A DNA stretch of 64,000 nt from a virus. The DNA is taken from positions 76,421-140,420 of IMG/VR virus record IMGVR_UViG_3300046820_003928. One strand, 5' to 3'. Within the stretch, counting starts at the first letter, position 1, and each line of letters opens with the position of its first letter. The notes under the pieces were generated by a model that had not been told where the DNA came from, made no database searches, and worked only from the letters and a program-made list of their open reading frames with translations. A program made the translations under genes and the position numbers. Shown here piece after piece: positions 47,203-55,160 of this stretch.

Positions 47203-49031
47203 TCTTCAATTACCAAATGAGGCGTCTTATTGCTCCAGTCGATCTTTCGGTGAAATATGTGTCCACCTAGATCATCTGCAATTCTTCGTGCAAGATCTGA
47301 TATTTCTGCATCTGTTACTTCAGACCAGGGCTTATCAAAGAACATGTTGTTCTCTGCCGTGTCTTCTTGCTTAATATCATACAGGCTTTGCCAGTGTCTC
47401 TGCCAGAAGGTCTTATATGTCTTAATCTTCCTCTCTATATCAAACCAGGAATAATGACGAACTGAAGGTAGAACATTTATCACATTTCGATACCAAGCTT
47501 GGTAAGCTTCCAAGGCTTCTCCGCTCCCATTCAGGGCAGCAGATCTTGCGCGATGAGCCTCTTCTGTGTAAAAATTTGCGCTCTGGATTGGGTATCCTGT
47601 CTCACTGTGAATGTAGTCGCATCCATCAGTTCCCTGCATCGAAAAAAGGTCTCCGTTTTCATCAAATCTTCTTAGCTGAGCAGGGATTCCGTGTGTAACG
47701 TGAGGAAGATTTCTACTAAGTCTCCACTTCCAGGGAGTTATATCCATCCGCACCTTTTCCTTGGATCCCCAATATTCAACCACGGGAAGACAAATTAGAG
47801 TTGCGCTCTTTGGAAAGTTCTTGCATAGATTTCTAACCTTCTCCCAGTCTGATTCTGGTAGAATCTCATCTGCATCCATCTGCCAGCAAAAATCACCTGT
47901 GCACAGCTTCCTAGCAACTGCCTTCTGGTCGCCGTCAAAGACAGCAAACCGCTTATGATTCCAGTCCCTAATGTTTTGGTGGATCTTTAGCTTGGGCTCA
48001 ATTTCTGCCCAAGAGCTTAGGTGCTCCCAGGTTCCGTCAGTAGATCCCCCATCAACAACGACAACCTCATCACAGAATCCAAGGAGAGATCGTATCGATT
48101 CCTCGTAGGGATACTTGTTCTTGATGCAATCAAGTGAGGTTGTGTATCCAGATAGGCTGGGTTCATTCTGTGCTATCTTTTTGACAACACCCCAGAACAC
48201 ATCAGGCCTGCCCTTAAGATAGTCACAGACGTCATCTGGCGCTGACTGGAACCAGTCTTCACTTGCATGCTGGACGTTTTCATTGTTGACAACTTGACAT
48301 CCTAAAAGCTTTGCCTCAATCACCATCCTGGGGCAGGTATCTCCGCCTCGGGGTAGATAAACAAACCCCTCAGATCTAGAAAGCTTATCAAGAAGCTGGT
48401 CATATGGCATATCCCAGACAATCTCATATTCCTTCTTGTTTAGCTTGCACCAATCTTCGGCATCTTCTGCACCTTTAATCCAGGATTTAGATCCCAATAC
48501 AACCCATCCTTTTCTGATGGGTCCACCTCGAAGGATCGATAGCTGGTCAATTTTTTCAAAAAAGCTCCTTCCAAACACAGAACTCAAAACTGTGCTATTT
48601 CGATCCTTTAGAAACGGGAATCGATCATAGTATCGACCTCGCTGCTCTTGAGACATCCAGAAGACATGATCTGCTGCATAATAGAAAGCAGAGACCATCT
48701 TTCCTGTATCTTGATTGTGGCAGTCACAATCTTGTCCCGATTCATGCTTGTGCTTCTCAACAGATCTATACCTGCAGAACTTGTAGTCATATTCCAGGAC
48801 TGAGTATCTTAGATTGGCAGCAATTGCAGGAATTAGATTAAAGTCAATGCTTGCAAAATTTCCAAAAATCCAGACATCATCCTTGAATCTCTGGATTGTC
48901 TCAAGATTAAGATTTCTGGCGTGGATTTTAACCACCTCAATCGGGCTAGATTCAACAAGTGCCTCTGTTGTAAGCTCCGCTCCACCTGCATAGTCACTAG
49001 AAAAAAGATCTGCTACGAATATTGCTCTCAT
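47199..49031 (-). CDS. Two-domain glycosyltransferase: GT4-like N-half + GT2-like C-half
   Basis: GGAE and DTCPRMVIEAKLLGC (GT-B-like), then DEVVVVDGGSTDGT and MDADE (GT-A). Confidence 0.82.
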   Translation of the reverse strand: MRAIFVADLFSSDYAGGAELTTEALVESSPIEVVKIHARNLNLETIQRFKDDVWIFGNFASIDFNLIPAIAANLRYSVLEYDYKFCRYRSVEKHKHESGQDCDCHNQDTGKMVSAFYYAADHVFWMSQEQRGRYYDRFPFLKDRNSTVLSSVFGRSFFEKIDQLSILRGGPIRKGWVVLGSKSWIKGAEDAEDWCKLNKKEYEIVWDMPYDQLLDKLSRSEGFVYLPRGGDTCPRMVIEAKLLGCQVVNNENVQHASEDWFQSAPDDVCDYLKGRPDVFWGVVKKIAQNEPSLSGYTTSLDCIKNKYPYEESIRSLLGFCDEVVVVDGGSTDGTWEHLSSWAEIEPKLKIHQNIRDWNHKRFAVFDGDQKAVARKLCTGDFCWQMDADEILPESDWEKVRNLCKNFPKSATLICLPVVEYWGSKEKVRMDITPWKWRLSRNLPHVTHGIPAQLRRFDENGDLFSMQGTDGCDYIHSETGYPIQSANFYTEEAHRARSAALNGSGEALEAYQAWYRNVINVLPSVRHYSWFDIERKIKTYKTFWQRHWQSLYDIKQEDTAENNMFFDKPWSEVTDAEISDLARRIADDLGGHIFHRKIDWSNKTPHLVIEE

Positions 49032-49070
49032 TTGTATACATTATTTCAAACTAGATCTAGCGTATACAGG

Positions 49071-49096
49071 TCCGCCCCGATTTGTATCGGGGCGGA
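49071..49096 (-). terminator. GC-rich stem-loop after the tail fibre gene (no clear U-tract)
   Basis: TCCGCCCCGAT-ttgt-ATCGGGGCGGA, a perfect 11-bp stem. Confidence 0.6.
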
Positions 49097-49109
49097 ACCT
49101 AAAGAGAGA

Positions 49110-50795
49110 TTAGATTTCTTCCATTAGGAATTTGTATCTCTTTCCTGTCTTATTGTTGGTGATAGACAGGAAAGTCTCTTCCTCGATGACTGTCCAGTCA
49201 CCGCGGTCGTTACGAAGGTGAAGGTCACCGGTATACATGTTACGCCAGCGCTTAGTTGGAGATCCAAGATCAAACGAAATGTCCGAGCCTGGCTCCAGGG
49301 ATCCGCTTACCGAAACTAGCGTTGTTCCAGCTGTAGACCCGAGATTAATGTTGGTTGTAGATCCGGCCAGACCTCCAGTTCCAAAATTAAGAGTCTTTGT
49401 AGTGGCAGTCGCTGTTGCGCCTGTTCCAATGTTGTAGGTTGAAGATCCGGTTGAGGCAGTTCCAAGGTTTAGCGTCTGTGCAACAGTTGCAACGTTTCCA
49501 ATTGCAAGAGTCGTTGCTGCTCCTGCAAAGTTAACAGTAGTTGCATTTGTATTGACGAGGTTGGTGGTAGTTAATCCAGCTCCTGGATTCATAGTAAGAG
49601 TCGTAGAGTTGGGAGAGACAACTGAGAATGCTGGTGATCCGTCTCTCTGGAATACGACACCAGAAGTTCCCGCCTTCAGGTAGAGAACGCTACCAGTTAG
49701 AGCAGTCTCTGCAGTGCTTCCTAGAATAGCACCTTTTGATGATTGAGCAATAAATCGAATTGCATTAACCGACTCAGCGTAAGATCCTGACTGAACTCGA
49801 AGTATGTTTGTTGCATTCTCTTGGAACTGAACAAATTGACCTGTTCCAAACTGAAGATTAATTGCATTGGAGGCAGAGACTGCAAGATCTGATCCATCAA
49901 GTTTCAGAGCGTTTGTTGCTCCAGCAACTTGGAACTGAGAAGCTCTAATCGGGGTCGGAGTATATCCGGTTGCATCCCCGATTGTTCCTTCTGTGACATC
50001 TTGTCTTCCTGCTCCCCAAGTATTTGTGTCAACCTTGACAAAAACAAGGGCTTGATTAGCAACGTCTGATCCTGAAGCTATTGCAACTCCCCCATAGGAA
50101 ACAACGCCAGGAGAGGATGCGCTTGCAATATAAATCAGCTTATCTTTAACTGTAAGATTTTCAGTATTGATCGTTGTTGTCGTTCCATTAACAACAAGAT
50201 TTCCTGGAAGGATTACGCTGCTTCCTACAAAAGTAACAGCTGTATCTCCAGTGCTAGACTTGATTGCGTTTCCATTAAGCTTTAGAGACCCAGAAACTGA
50301 GAGATCTCCCGATGTCTCTGCGAGAATAACCTGATTTCCAGATCCGTTTTTGATAGAGAAAGAACCCGATGTTACGACAGAGCCCGTGGTAAAGGCCTCA
50401 CCAGCAGTAACTGAATTCCAGTATGATGGCTGAGCGTGAGAACCTACAATTATCTCAGAGAGTGAAATATCTCCGCTTGAGTCAGCAAATGTAAGACCTT
50501 CCGTTCCGCTAAAAATCTGAGCGATTCCACCCTGGAACTTGATATCATTGGAAGTAATTGTTATAGAGCCAGTTCCTACTGTTAGAGATCCGCTTACTAC
50601 GGTGTCTCCTCCAAAGACTGAAACTCCTGAAGTTCCTTTTCCTCCCCTTGATCCGCTTACAAAGAAATCAACATCATTGCCTGGCATTGCAGGAAATGGA
50701 TTTGAACGCGGGTTTGCTATCCTGACTGATCCTGTTATTCCAATGCGCCAAGAGTCAGAACTACTTCCCGAGATATTATTGGTAATGAGAGCCAT
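49110..50795 (-). CDS. Tail fibre-like protein
   Basis: G/S/T-rich beta repeats, GNLVVNGTTTTINTENLTVKD, C-terminal DLGSPTKRWRNMYTGDLHL...KTGKRYKF; SD AGGAG. Confidence 0.78.
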   Translation of the reverse strand: MALITNNISGSSSDSWRIGITGSVRIANPRSNPFPAMPGNDVDFFVSGSRGGKGTSGVSVFGGDTVVSGSLTVGTGSITITSNDIKFQGGIAQIFSGTEGLTFADSSGDISLSEIIVGSHAQPSYWNSVTAGEAFTTGSVVTSGSFSIKNGSGNQVILAETSGDLSVSGSLKLNGNAIKSSTGDTAVTFVGSSVILPGNLVVNGTTTTINTENLTVKDKLIYIASASSPGVVSYGGVAIASGSDVANQALVFVKVDTNTWGAGRQDVTEGTIGDATGYTPTPIRASQFQVAGATNALKLDGSDLAVSASNAINLQFGTGQFVQFQENATNILRVQSGSYAESVNAIRFIAQSSKGAILGSTAETALTGSVLYLKAGTSGVVFQRDGSPAFSVVSPNSTTLTMNPGAGLTTTNLVNTNATTVNFAGAATTLAIGNVATVAQTLNLGTASTGSSTYNIGTGATATATTKTLNFGTGGLAGSTTNINLGSTAGTTLVSVSGSLEPGSDISFDLGSPTKRWRNMYTGDLHLRNDRGDWTVIEEETFLSITNNKTGKRYKFLMEEI

Positions 50796-50818
50796 TCAAT
50801 TCTCCTTGAATTCTTAGC

Positions 50819-50825
50819 TAATTAT
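50819..50825 (-). promoter_or_regulatory. ATANTTA putative late promoter (ATAATTA)
   Basis: Overlaps the upstream stop; precedes the SD and ATG 50795. Confidence 0.45.
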
Positions 50826-51826
50826 CTTTCATCAAACTCTGGAGCCGGCTCAAGAACAAATCTGTATCTTTTTCCTGACTTATTAAATCTAATTGTGAGA
50901 CAGTCTTCTTCTTCGATTAAAGTGTAGTCTCCACGATCATTTCGAAGGTGGAGGTCTCCGGTGTAGACATTTGCAAATCTATTTGAAGCCGAGCCAAGAT
51001 CTATAGTTCTGTCTCCGACTGGAATGATGTCAGAAGAAATTCTGGCTTGAATTGAAAGAGTATTTGACAGGCTATTTCCAATAACAGTAGATCCCGAGAC
51101 GACAAGATCTCCTCCGAAGACTGAGACTCCTGATGTTCCAATTCCACCAGAGGATCCTGAAACAAAGAAAAATACATCGGAGCCTTTTGAATCTGCTGAG
51201 GTATTAATTCCTACAGCAACCGATCCCGTGGAATAGATCTTATTTAAGGACGCCTCAGACCAATAAGAGGCTCCTCCTCCGCCTGCAGTTGAATTAATTG
51301 TTATTTGACCGTTTGATGCAGTCGTAATTGTGACGTTTGTTCCTGCTACAAGATACGGTAATCCAGCAGCAGTTCTCTGTAGAGATCCAGACATATCAGA
51401 ATCAAAGACAGCACGGCTGGTTACCCTGGCATAATCAAAAGATCCTGTCAAAGAAACGGCTTCCAGCCATTTTCTAGAAGGAATTCCCAGCGAAAAAAGA
51501 CTTGTTGATGAGGGAATTATGTTTGAATTAACTCTTCCAACAAAAGAGACAAGGTCTCCAGATGTCTCGCCAAAAGTAGTATCATCAAATACTGTTAAAG
51601 ATCCGCTTACCTTTGCGCTACCTCCAAGAACGACAAAAGCACCTGTTGATCTGCTTCCAGATACAAAAAGAAATGTGTCCGATCCAGCACCCAAGGGAGG
51701 AGAAAATCCTCCGATGCCATCTGCATTCGAGGATGAAATAATAAGCAGCGAAGGATTTGTGCCTAGACTCCGAGAGGCAACTATCTGGCTTGTTCTTATC
51801 TGGCTAGAAAGAAAGTCTCTTGGCAT
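50822..51826 (-). CDS. Tail fibre-like protein, paralog of 49110-50795
   Basis: Same C-terminal YTGDLHLRNDRGD module and FFVSGS...GVSVFGGD.VVSGS block. Confidence 0.75.
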   Translation of the reverse strand: MPRDFLSSQIRTSQIVASRSLGTNPSLLIISSSNADGIGGFSPPLGAGSDTFLFVSGSRSTGAFVVLGGSAKVSGSLTVFDDTTFGETSGDLVSFVGRVNSNIIPSSTSLFSLGIPSRKWLEAVSLTGSFDYARVTSRAVFDSDMSGSLQRTAAGLPYLVAGTNVTITTASNGQITINSTAGGGGASYWSEASLNKIYSTGSVAVGINTSADSKGSDVFFFVSGSSGGIGTSGVSVFGGDLVVSGSTVIGNSLSNTLSIQARISSDIIPVGDRTIDLGSASNRFANVYTGDLHLRNDRGDYTLIEEEDCLTIRFNKSGKRYRFVLEPAPEFDER

Positions 51827-51828
51827 CC

Positions 51829-52041
51829 TTATCCCCTGGTGGCTATAATCTTCACATTCCCAGTAAAGGGCGAAGATGAATTAATAGTAAAACCTGATAT
51901 TGTTAAATTACTTACATATAGTTCAACATTTTGATTTATTGAAACTGCAGATACTGCAGGTATTCCTAGAAATGACACAGAAAATGAGACACTTTTTTGT
52001 GATTCATTAGAAAATACGATGTTCTGCGTCTCAATTTGCAT
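51829..52041 (-). CDS. Small beta-rich fibre-associated protein
   Basis: Paralog of the C-terminal part of 52044-52373 (P.VSA.S...NV..YV......F...SS.PFTG.V). Confidence 0.6.
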   Translation of the reverse strand: MQIETQNIVFSNESQKSVSFSVSFLGIPAVSAVSINQNVELYVSNLTISGFTINSSSPFTGNVKIIATRG

Positions 52042-52043
52042 TA

Positions 52044-52373
52044 TTAGATCTGTATAATACTAAAAGTTACTTCACCTGTAAAAGGCGCACTTGATTCAAA
52101 AGACACCGATGTCGTAGATATCGAAGCAACATAGATATTGACATTTGCATTATCTGTTGTTTCTACAGAAATTGCGCTTATTGAAGGGGCAGTGCTATAA
52201 GACATGAGAAAAGCATAGGATTTGGGACCAGACTCCTCTATGAAAGAAATTGTTCCGGTCTCGACTCGAAAATTTTCTGAAGCATCGAGAACCTCTCTTT
52301 TTTGAAATCGAGCATAAGGATAGATTTTAGAAAATCTATTCTGATCTCTCTTTTTTATCGTTATTGCTGCCAC
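52044..52373 (-). CDS. Small beta-rich fibre-associated protein
   Basis: GTG start with SD AGGTG; paralog of 51829-52041. Confidence 0.6.
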   Translation of the reverse strand: MAAITIKKRDQNRFSKIYPYARFQKREVLDASENFRVETGTISFIEESGPKSYAFLMSYSTAPSISAISVETTDNANVNIYVASISTTSVSFESSAPFTGEVTFSIIQI

Positions 52374-52388
52374 TTCACACCTTTGTAT

Positions 52389-52395
52389 TAAGTAT
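52389..52395 (-). promoter_or_regulatory. ATANTTA putative late promoter (ATACTTA)
   Basis: Intergenic, at the head of the fibre operon. Confidence 0.55.
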
Positions 52396-52396
52396 G

Positions 52397-53704
52397 CTAC
52401 AGCAGACGAGAAGCCAGGGTTGCAAGCTCAGATCTTTCACCTTTCGTTAGTGTAATGTGTCCGGCAATCTTTTCATCCTTGAATTTCTCAATAGTAATAG
52501 TCAGTCCGTTCGAAAGACTATCAAGATAGGGAGTATCAATCTGATCTATGTCACCAAGAAGAACAACCTTTGAGTTCTCTCCGATTCTTGTGATAATAGT
52601 CTTAAGCTCATGGATTGTTGAGTTTTGTGCCTCATCAACTATCAGGAAAGTATTACTAAATGTTCTTCCTCTAATAAATGCAAGAGGAGATACCTCAATT
52701 TGTCCTCTATTTCTCATTGCCTCAAAATAAGAGATATCTTTGAAGGCCTGTCTAAAGTTATCAATAATAGGTGAGAGCCATGGACTCATCTTGTCTTCAA
52801 TGTCTCCCGGTAGAAATCCTATCTCCTTTCCTACTGTCTGGAGAGATCTGGTAATAACAATTCTATCGTATTTCTTCTCCTGGATTCCAGAAAGACCAGC
52901 CATGAGTGTAAGAAAGGTTTTTCCTGAACCTGCAAGACCAGTCATTGTAACCATCTGGATTTCATCTCTGGTTAGAAGATCAAGTGCAAATTTTTGTTCC
53001 TTGTTCTTGGGATTGATTCCAATGACCTTTGAAATCTTATTGACAAGTGGGACAATAGAATCTCCTGAGAATGATCCTAGCGCCGATTGATTTCCAGACT
53101 TAAGAATTACAAACTGATTTTGGTGGAGATCATAAGGAATGAGATCTGCGTCAATCTTTCCCTCTTTATAGAACTGGTCAATTAGAGTTCCATCTTCGAT
53201 CTCAATCTCTTCAAATCCAAGATACATCTGGCTCTTGTCTTTGATAATTCTGTCCTTGTAATAGTCTTCTGCATAAATTCCGAGAGAGTCACACTTAACT
53301 CTAAAATTTATGTCTTTTGTTACGACAGTGACCCGATTGAGACCCTTGTTCTTGAAATGCAGGGCACAAGCAATGATCTTATTGTCTCCAGTGGCACCAT
53401 CAAGACCATCCGGGACTTCATAAGTTCCTATGTCAACCTTTATTGTCTGTCCATTTTCGATGATTACGCCGCTATTGAGCGATCCTTGCGAGCGGAGCTT
53501 ATCAAGAAATCTATTGATGTATCTTGCATATTCTCCTAGAATTCCTTGCTTTTCTTTGAATCTATCAAGCTCATCAAGAACGACCAGTGGAATGATTACA
53601 TCATTTCCAGGAAATGAATGAATGGAAGCTTTGTCATAAAGAAGCACAGATGTATCAACAATGAAGGTCTTTCTCTTTTCATCGAGGCCGTGATTTTCGC
53701 TCAT
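52397..53704 (-). CDS. phoH: PhoH-family ATPase with N-terminal PIN domain (PhoH2/YlaK type)
   Basis: PIN motifs IVDTSVL, LDELD, DNKI, TKDIN; PhoH motifs GLAGSGKT, IRGRTF, DEAQN, GDIDQID. Confidence 0.92.
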   Translation of the reverse strand: MSENHGLDEKRKTFIVDTSVLLYDKASIHSFPGNDVIIPLVVLDELDRFKEKQGILGEYARYINRFLDKLRSQGSLNSGVIIENGQTIKVDIGTYEVPDGLDGATGDNKIIACALHFKNKGLNRVTVVTKDINFRVKCDSLGIYAEDYYKDRIIKDKSQMYLGFEEIEIEDGTLIDQFYKEGKIDADLIPYDLHQNQFVILKSGNQSALGSFSGDSIVPLVNKISKVIGINPKNKEQKFALDLLTRDEIQMVTMTGLAGSGKTFLTLMAGLSGIQEKKYDRIVITRSLQTVGKEIGFLPGDIEDKMSPWLSPIIDNFRQAFKDISYFEAMRNRGQIEVSPLAFIRGRTFSNTFLIVDEAQNSTIHELKTIITRIGENSKVVLLGDIDQIDTPYLDSLSNGLTITIEKFKDEKIAGHITLTKGERSELATLASRLL

Positions 53705-53759
53705 TTGTCTCCGATGGTAAACTTGAAATCAGATGATTACATTCTACATAGAGGTAACT

Positions 53760-53981
53760 ATGAAGTGTTTTGAAATGCACAATTCTCACAAAATTGATTG
53801 TCAAAATAAGCAGTGCAGACAGTGGATTAACTGCAAAGAAAGCCAGAACTGTACAATTATTGCTGCCAAAAAGGGACCTATGTCTCTACAGGAGATAGGA
53901 GACATCATGGGAGTAACAAGAATGAGAATTTGTCAAATGGAAAAAAGAATAATTCAAAAGATATCTGATATCATCAAATAG
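53760..53981 (+). CDS. Small Cys-rich protein with sigma70 region-4 HTH
   Basis: SD GAGGT then MKCF...C...C...C...C, followed by MSLQEIGDIMGVTRMRICQMEKR (compare TLEEVG...VTRERIRQIE). Confidence 0.8.
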   Translation: MKCFEMHNSHKIDCQNKQCRQWINCKESQNCTIIAAKKGPMSLQEIGDIMGVTRMRICQMEKRIIQKISDIIK

Positions 53982-53984
53982 AAA

Positions 53985-54008
53985 TAAGGCCACCGAAAGG
54001 TGGCCTTA
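53985..54008. terminator. Hairpin between convergent genes (probable bidirectional terminator)
   Basis: TAAGGCCACC-GAAA-GGTGGCCTTA, a perfect 10-bp stem. Confidence 0.75.
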
Positions 54009-54027
54009 AAAGTATCCTAGAAAAATA

Positions 54028-54213
54028 CTACTCTTCCTCTGACTCAGATCCCTTTGAAAGCTTAACAAGCTCTCCTGCTGTCTGCTTAATAGCCCTAAGT
54101 CCCCTTCGGGCACGAACACCAGCAGACTTGTTTCCAGATGCATTCTTCTTTACATCTAGCTCAACGCTCTCAACGAGAACCTTTAGCTCTTCCCACTTAT
54201 CAACAAGACTCAT
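54028..54213 (-). CDS. Hc1-like (histone H1-like) small DNA-binding protein
   Basis: GNKSAGVRARRGL matches the GNK.AG.RARK motif of the Hc1 family. Confidence 0.78.
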   Translation of the reverse strand: MSLVDKWEELKVLVESVELDVKKNASGNKSAGVRARRGLRAIKQTAGELVKLSKGSESEEE

Positions 54214-54446
54214 TATACCTCCAGCTGTGTTTTTTCTGCATCTTCAAGCGGATTACCAATAAACCTCTTTGATACAACAGAAAGCTCCTCAAATGCTTCC
54301 CTGTCCTCAAGATTAAGACTGAGGAGATAGATTATCTGCTTTCTTTGAGTATCATTGATTCCAAAGTTTTCGATCTCTCTTACGATATCCCTGCACTGGT
54401 GCAACATTTCTGCAACCTTATGAACCTTTGTTTGACCGTAATCCAT
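54213..54446 (-). CDS. Hypothetical protein
   Basis: 77-aa ORF coupled to both neighbours (TAATG overlaps). Confidence 0.7.
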   Translation of the reverse strand: MDYGQTKVHKVAEMLHQCRDIVREIENFGINDTQRKQIIYLLSLNLEDREAFEELSVVSKRFIGNPLEDAEKTQLEV

Positions 54447-54913
54447 TAGATCTCCATCGTATCACTGATGATCTCATTTCTTGTCTTAAATGTTCCGTCT
54501 TTCTTTATCGTAAGAATTTTTAGATTTGTCCTACCAGACTGACTGTCTCTTCTAATAACAACCTCAGAATCAGAGTTGTTTTCAACAATCCATTCAATCT
54601 GTTCCCAAGTAGCTATGTCAATATTTTGAGACTTTAGATATGCAGCAAGTCTTTCTGGGAGACCTAGTTCTATATCTTCTATAGTTCTAATGCTACCGAT
54701 GTCTTCTTTTCCAAAGATTATCTCTGACTTACAGCTGTCTACTACCTTGTGAAGAACTCCGCAATTATTGCATTGCACTATCTTTTCTCTAAATTGATCA
54801 TCTTCAACAATGCTAAAGACGACAAATCCGTGAAATACAAGCGGATTGGAGTTCTTAAATTGCGGTAAAACGCAATGACACTGGATGAGGTGCTTCACGC
54901 CCTCGATTGCCAT
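54446..54913 (-). CDS. Hypothetical zinc-ribbon-like protein
   Basis: HLIQCHC...VQCNNCGVLH. Confidence 0.7.
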   Translation of the reverse strand: MAIEGVKHLIQCHCVLPQFKNSNPLVFHGFVVFSIVEDDQFREKIVQCNNCGVLHKVVDSCKSEIIFGKEDIGSIRTIEDIELGLPERLAAYLKSQNIDIATWEQIEWIVENNSDSEVVIRRDSQSGRTNLKILTIKKDGTFKTRNEIISDTMEI

Positions 54914-54916
54914 TAT

Positions 54917-55138
54917 CTACCTCGTTATCTCGTTAATTGATTTTTCGACTTGAGATGAAGCTGTAATAAATCCCTGCTCAAAAGAGGCTTCAATTACTCG
55001 AATCAAATTCTCTGCATCTCTATCGCTCATGCTGTACTTGTTTTGATTTTTTGCCTCAACAACATTAGAAACAACTCGATCTCGAATATGATCGACTGCC
55101 ATCTTAAAATCAGTTCGCAGCCGGGTTGAATTCGTCAT
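54917..55138 (-). CDS. Hypothetical protein
   Basis: Likely start MTNSTR at 55138 after GAGGTAAGG. Confidence 0.65.
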   Translation of the reverse strand: MTNSTRLRTDFKMAVDHIRDRVVSNVVEAKNQNKYSMSDRDAENLIRVIEASFEQGFITASSQVEKSINEITR

Positions 55139-55160
55139 TTTTTTCCTTACCTCTTCAATG

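Noticed and set aside
49110-51826. Diversity-generating retroelement or invertible cassette behind the fibre repeats
   Set aside because: The repeats differ at synonymous sites rather than specifically at adenines, and there is no reverse transcriptase or invertase in the window.
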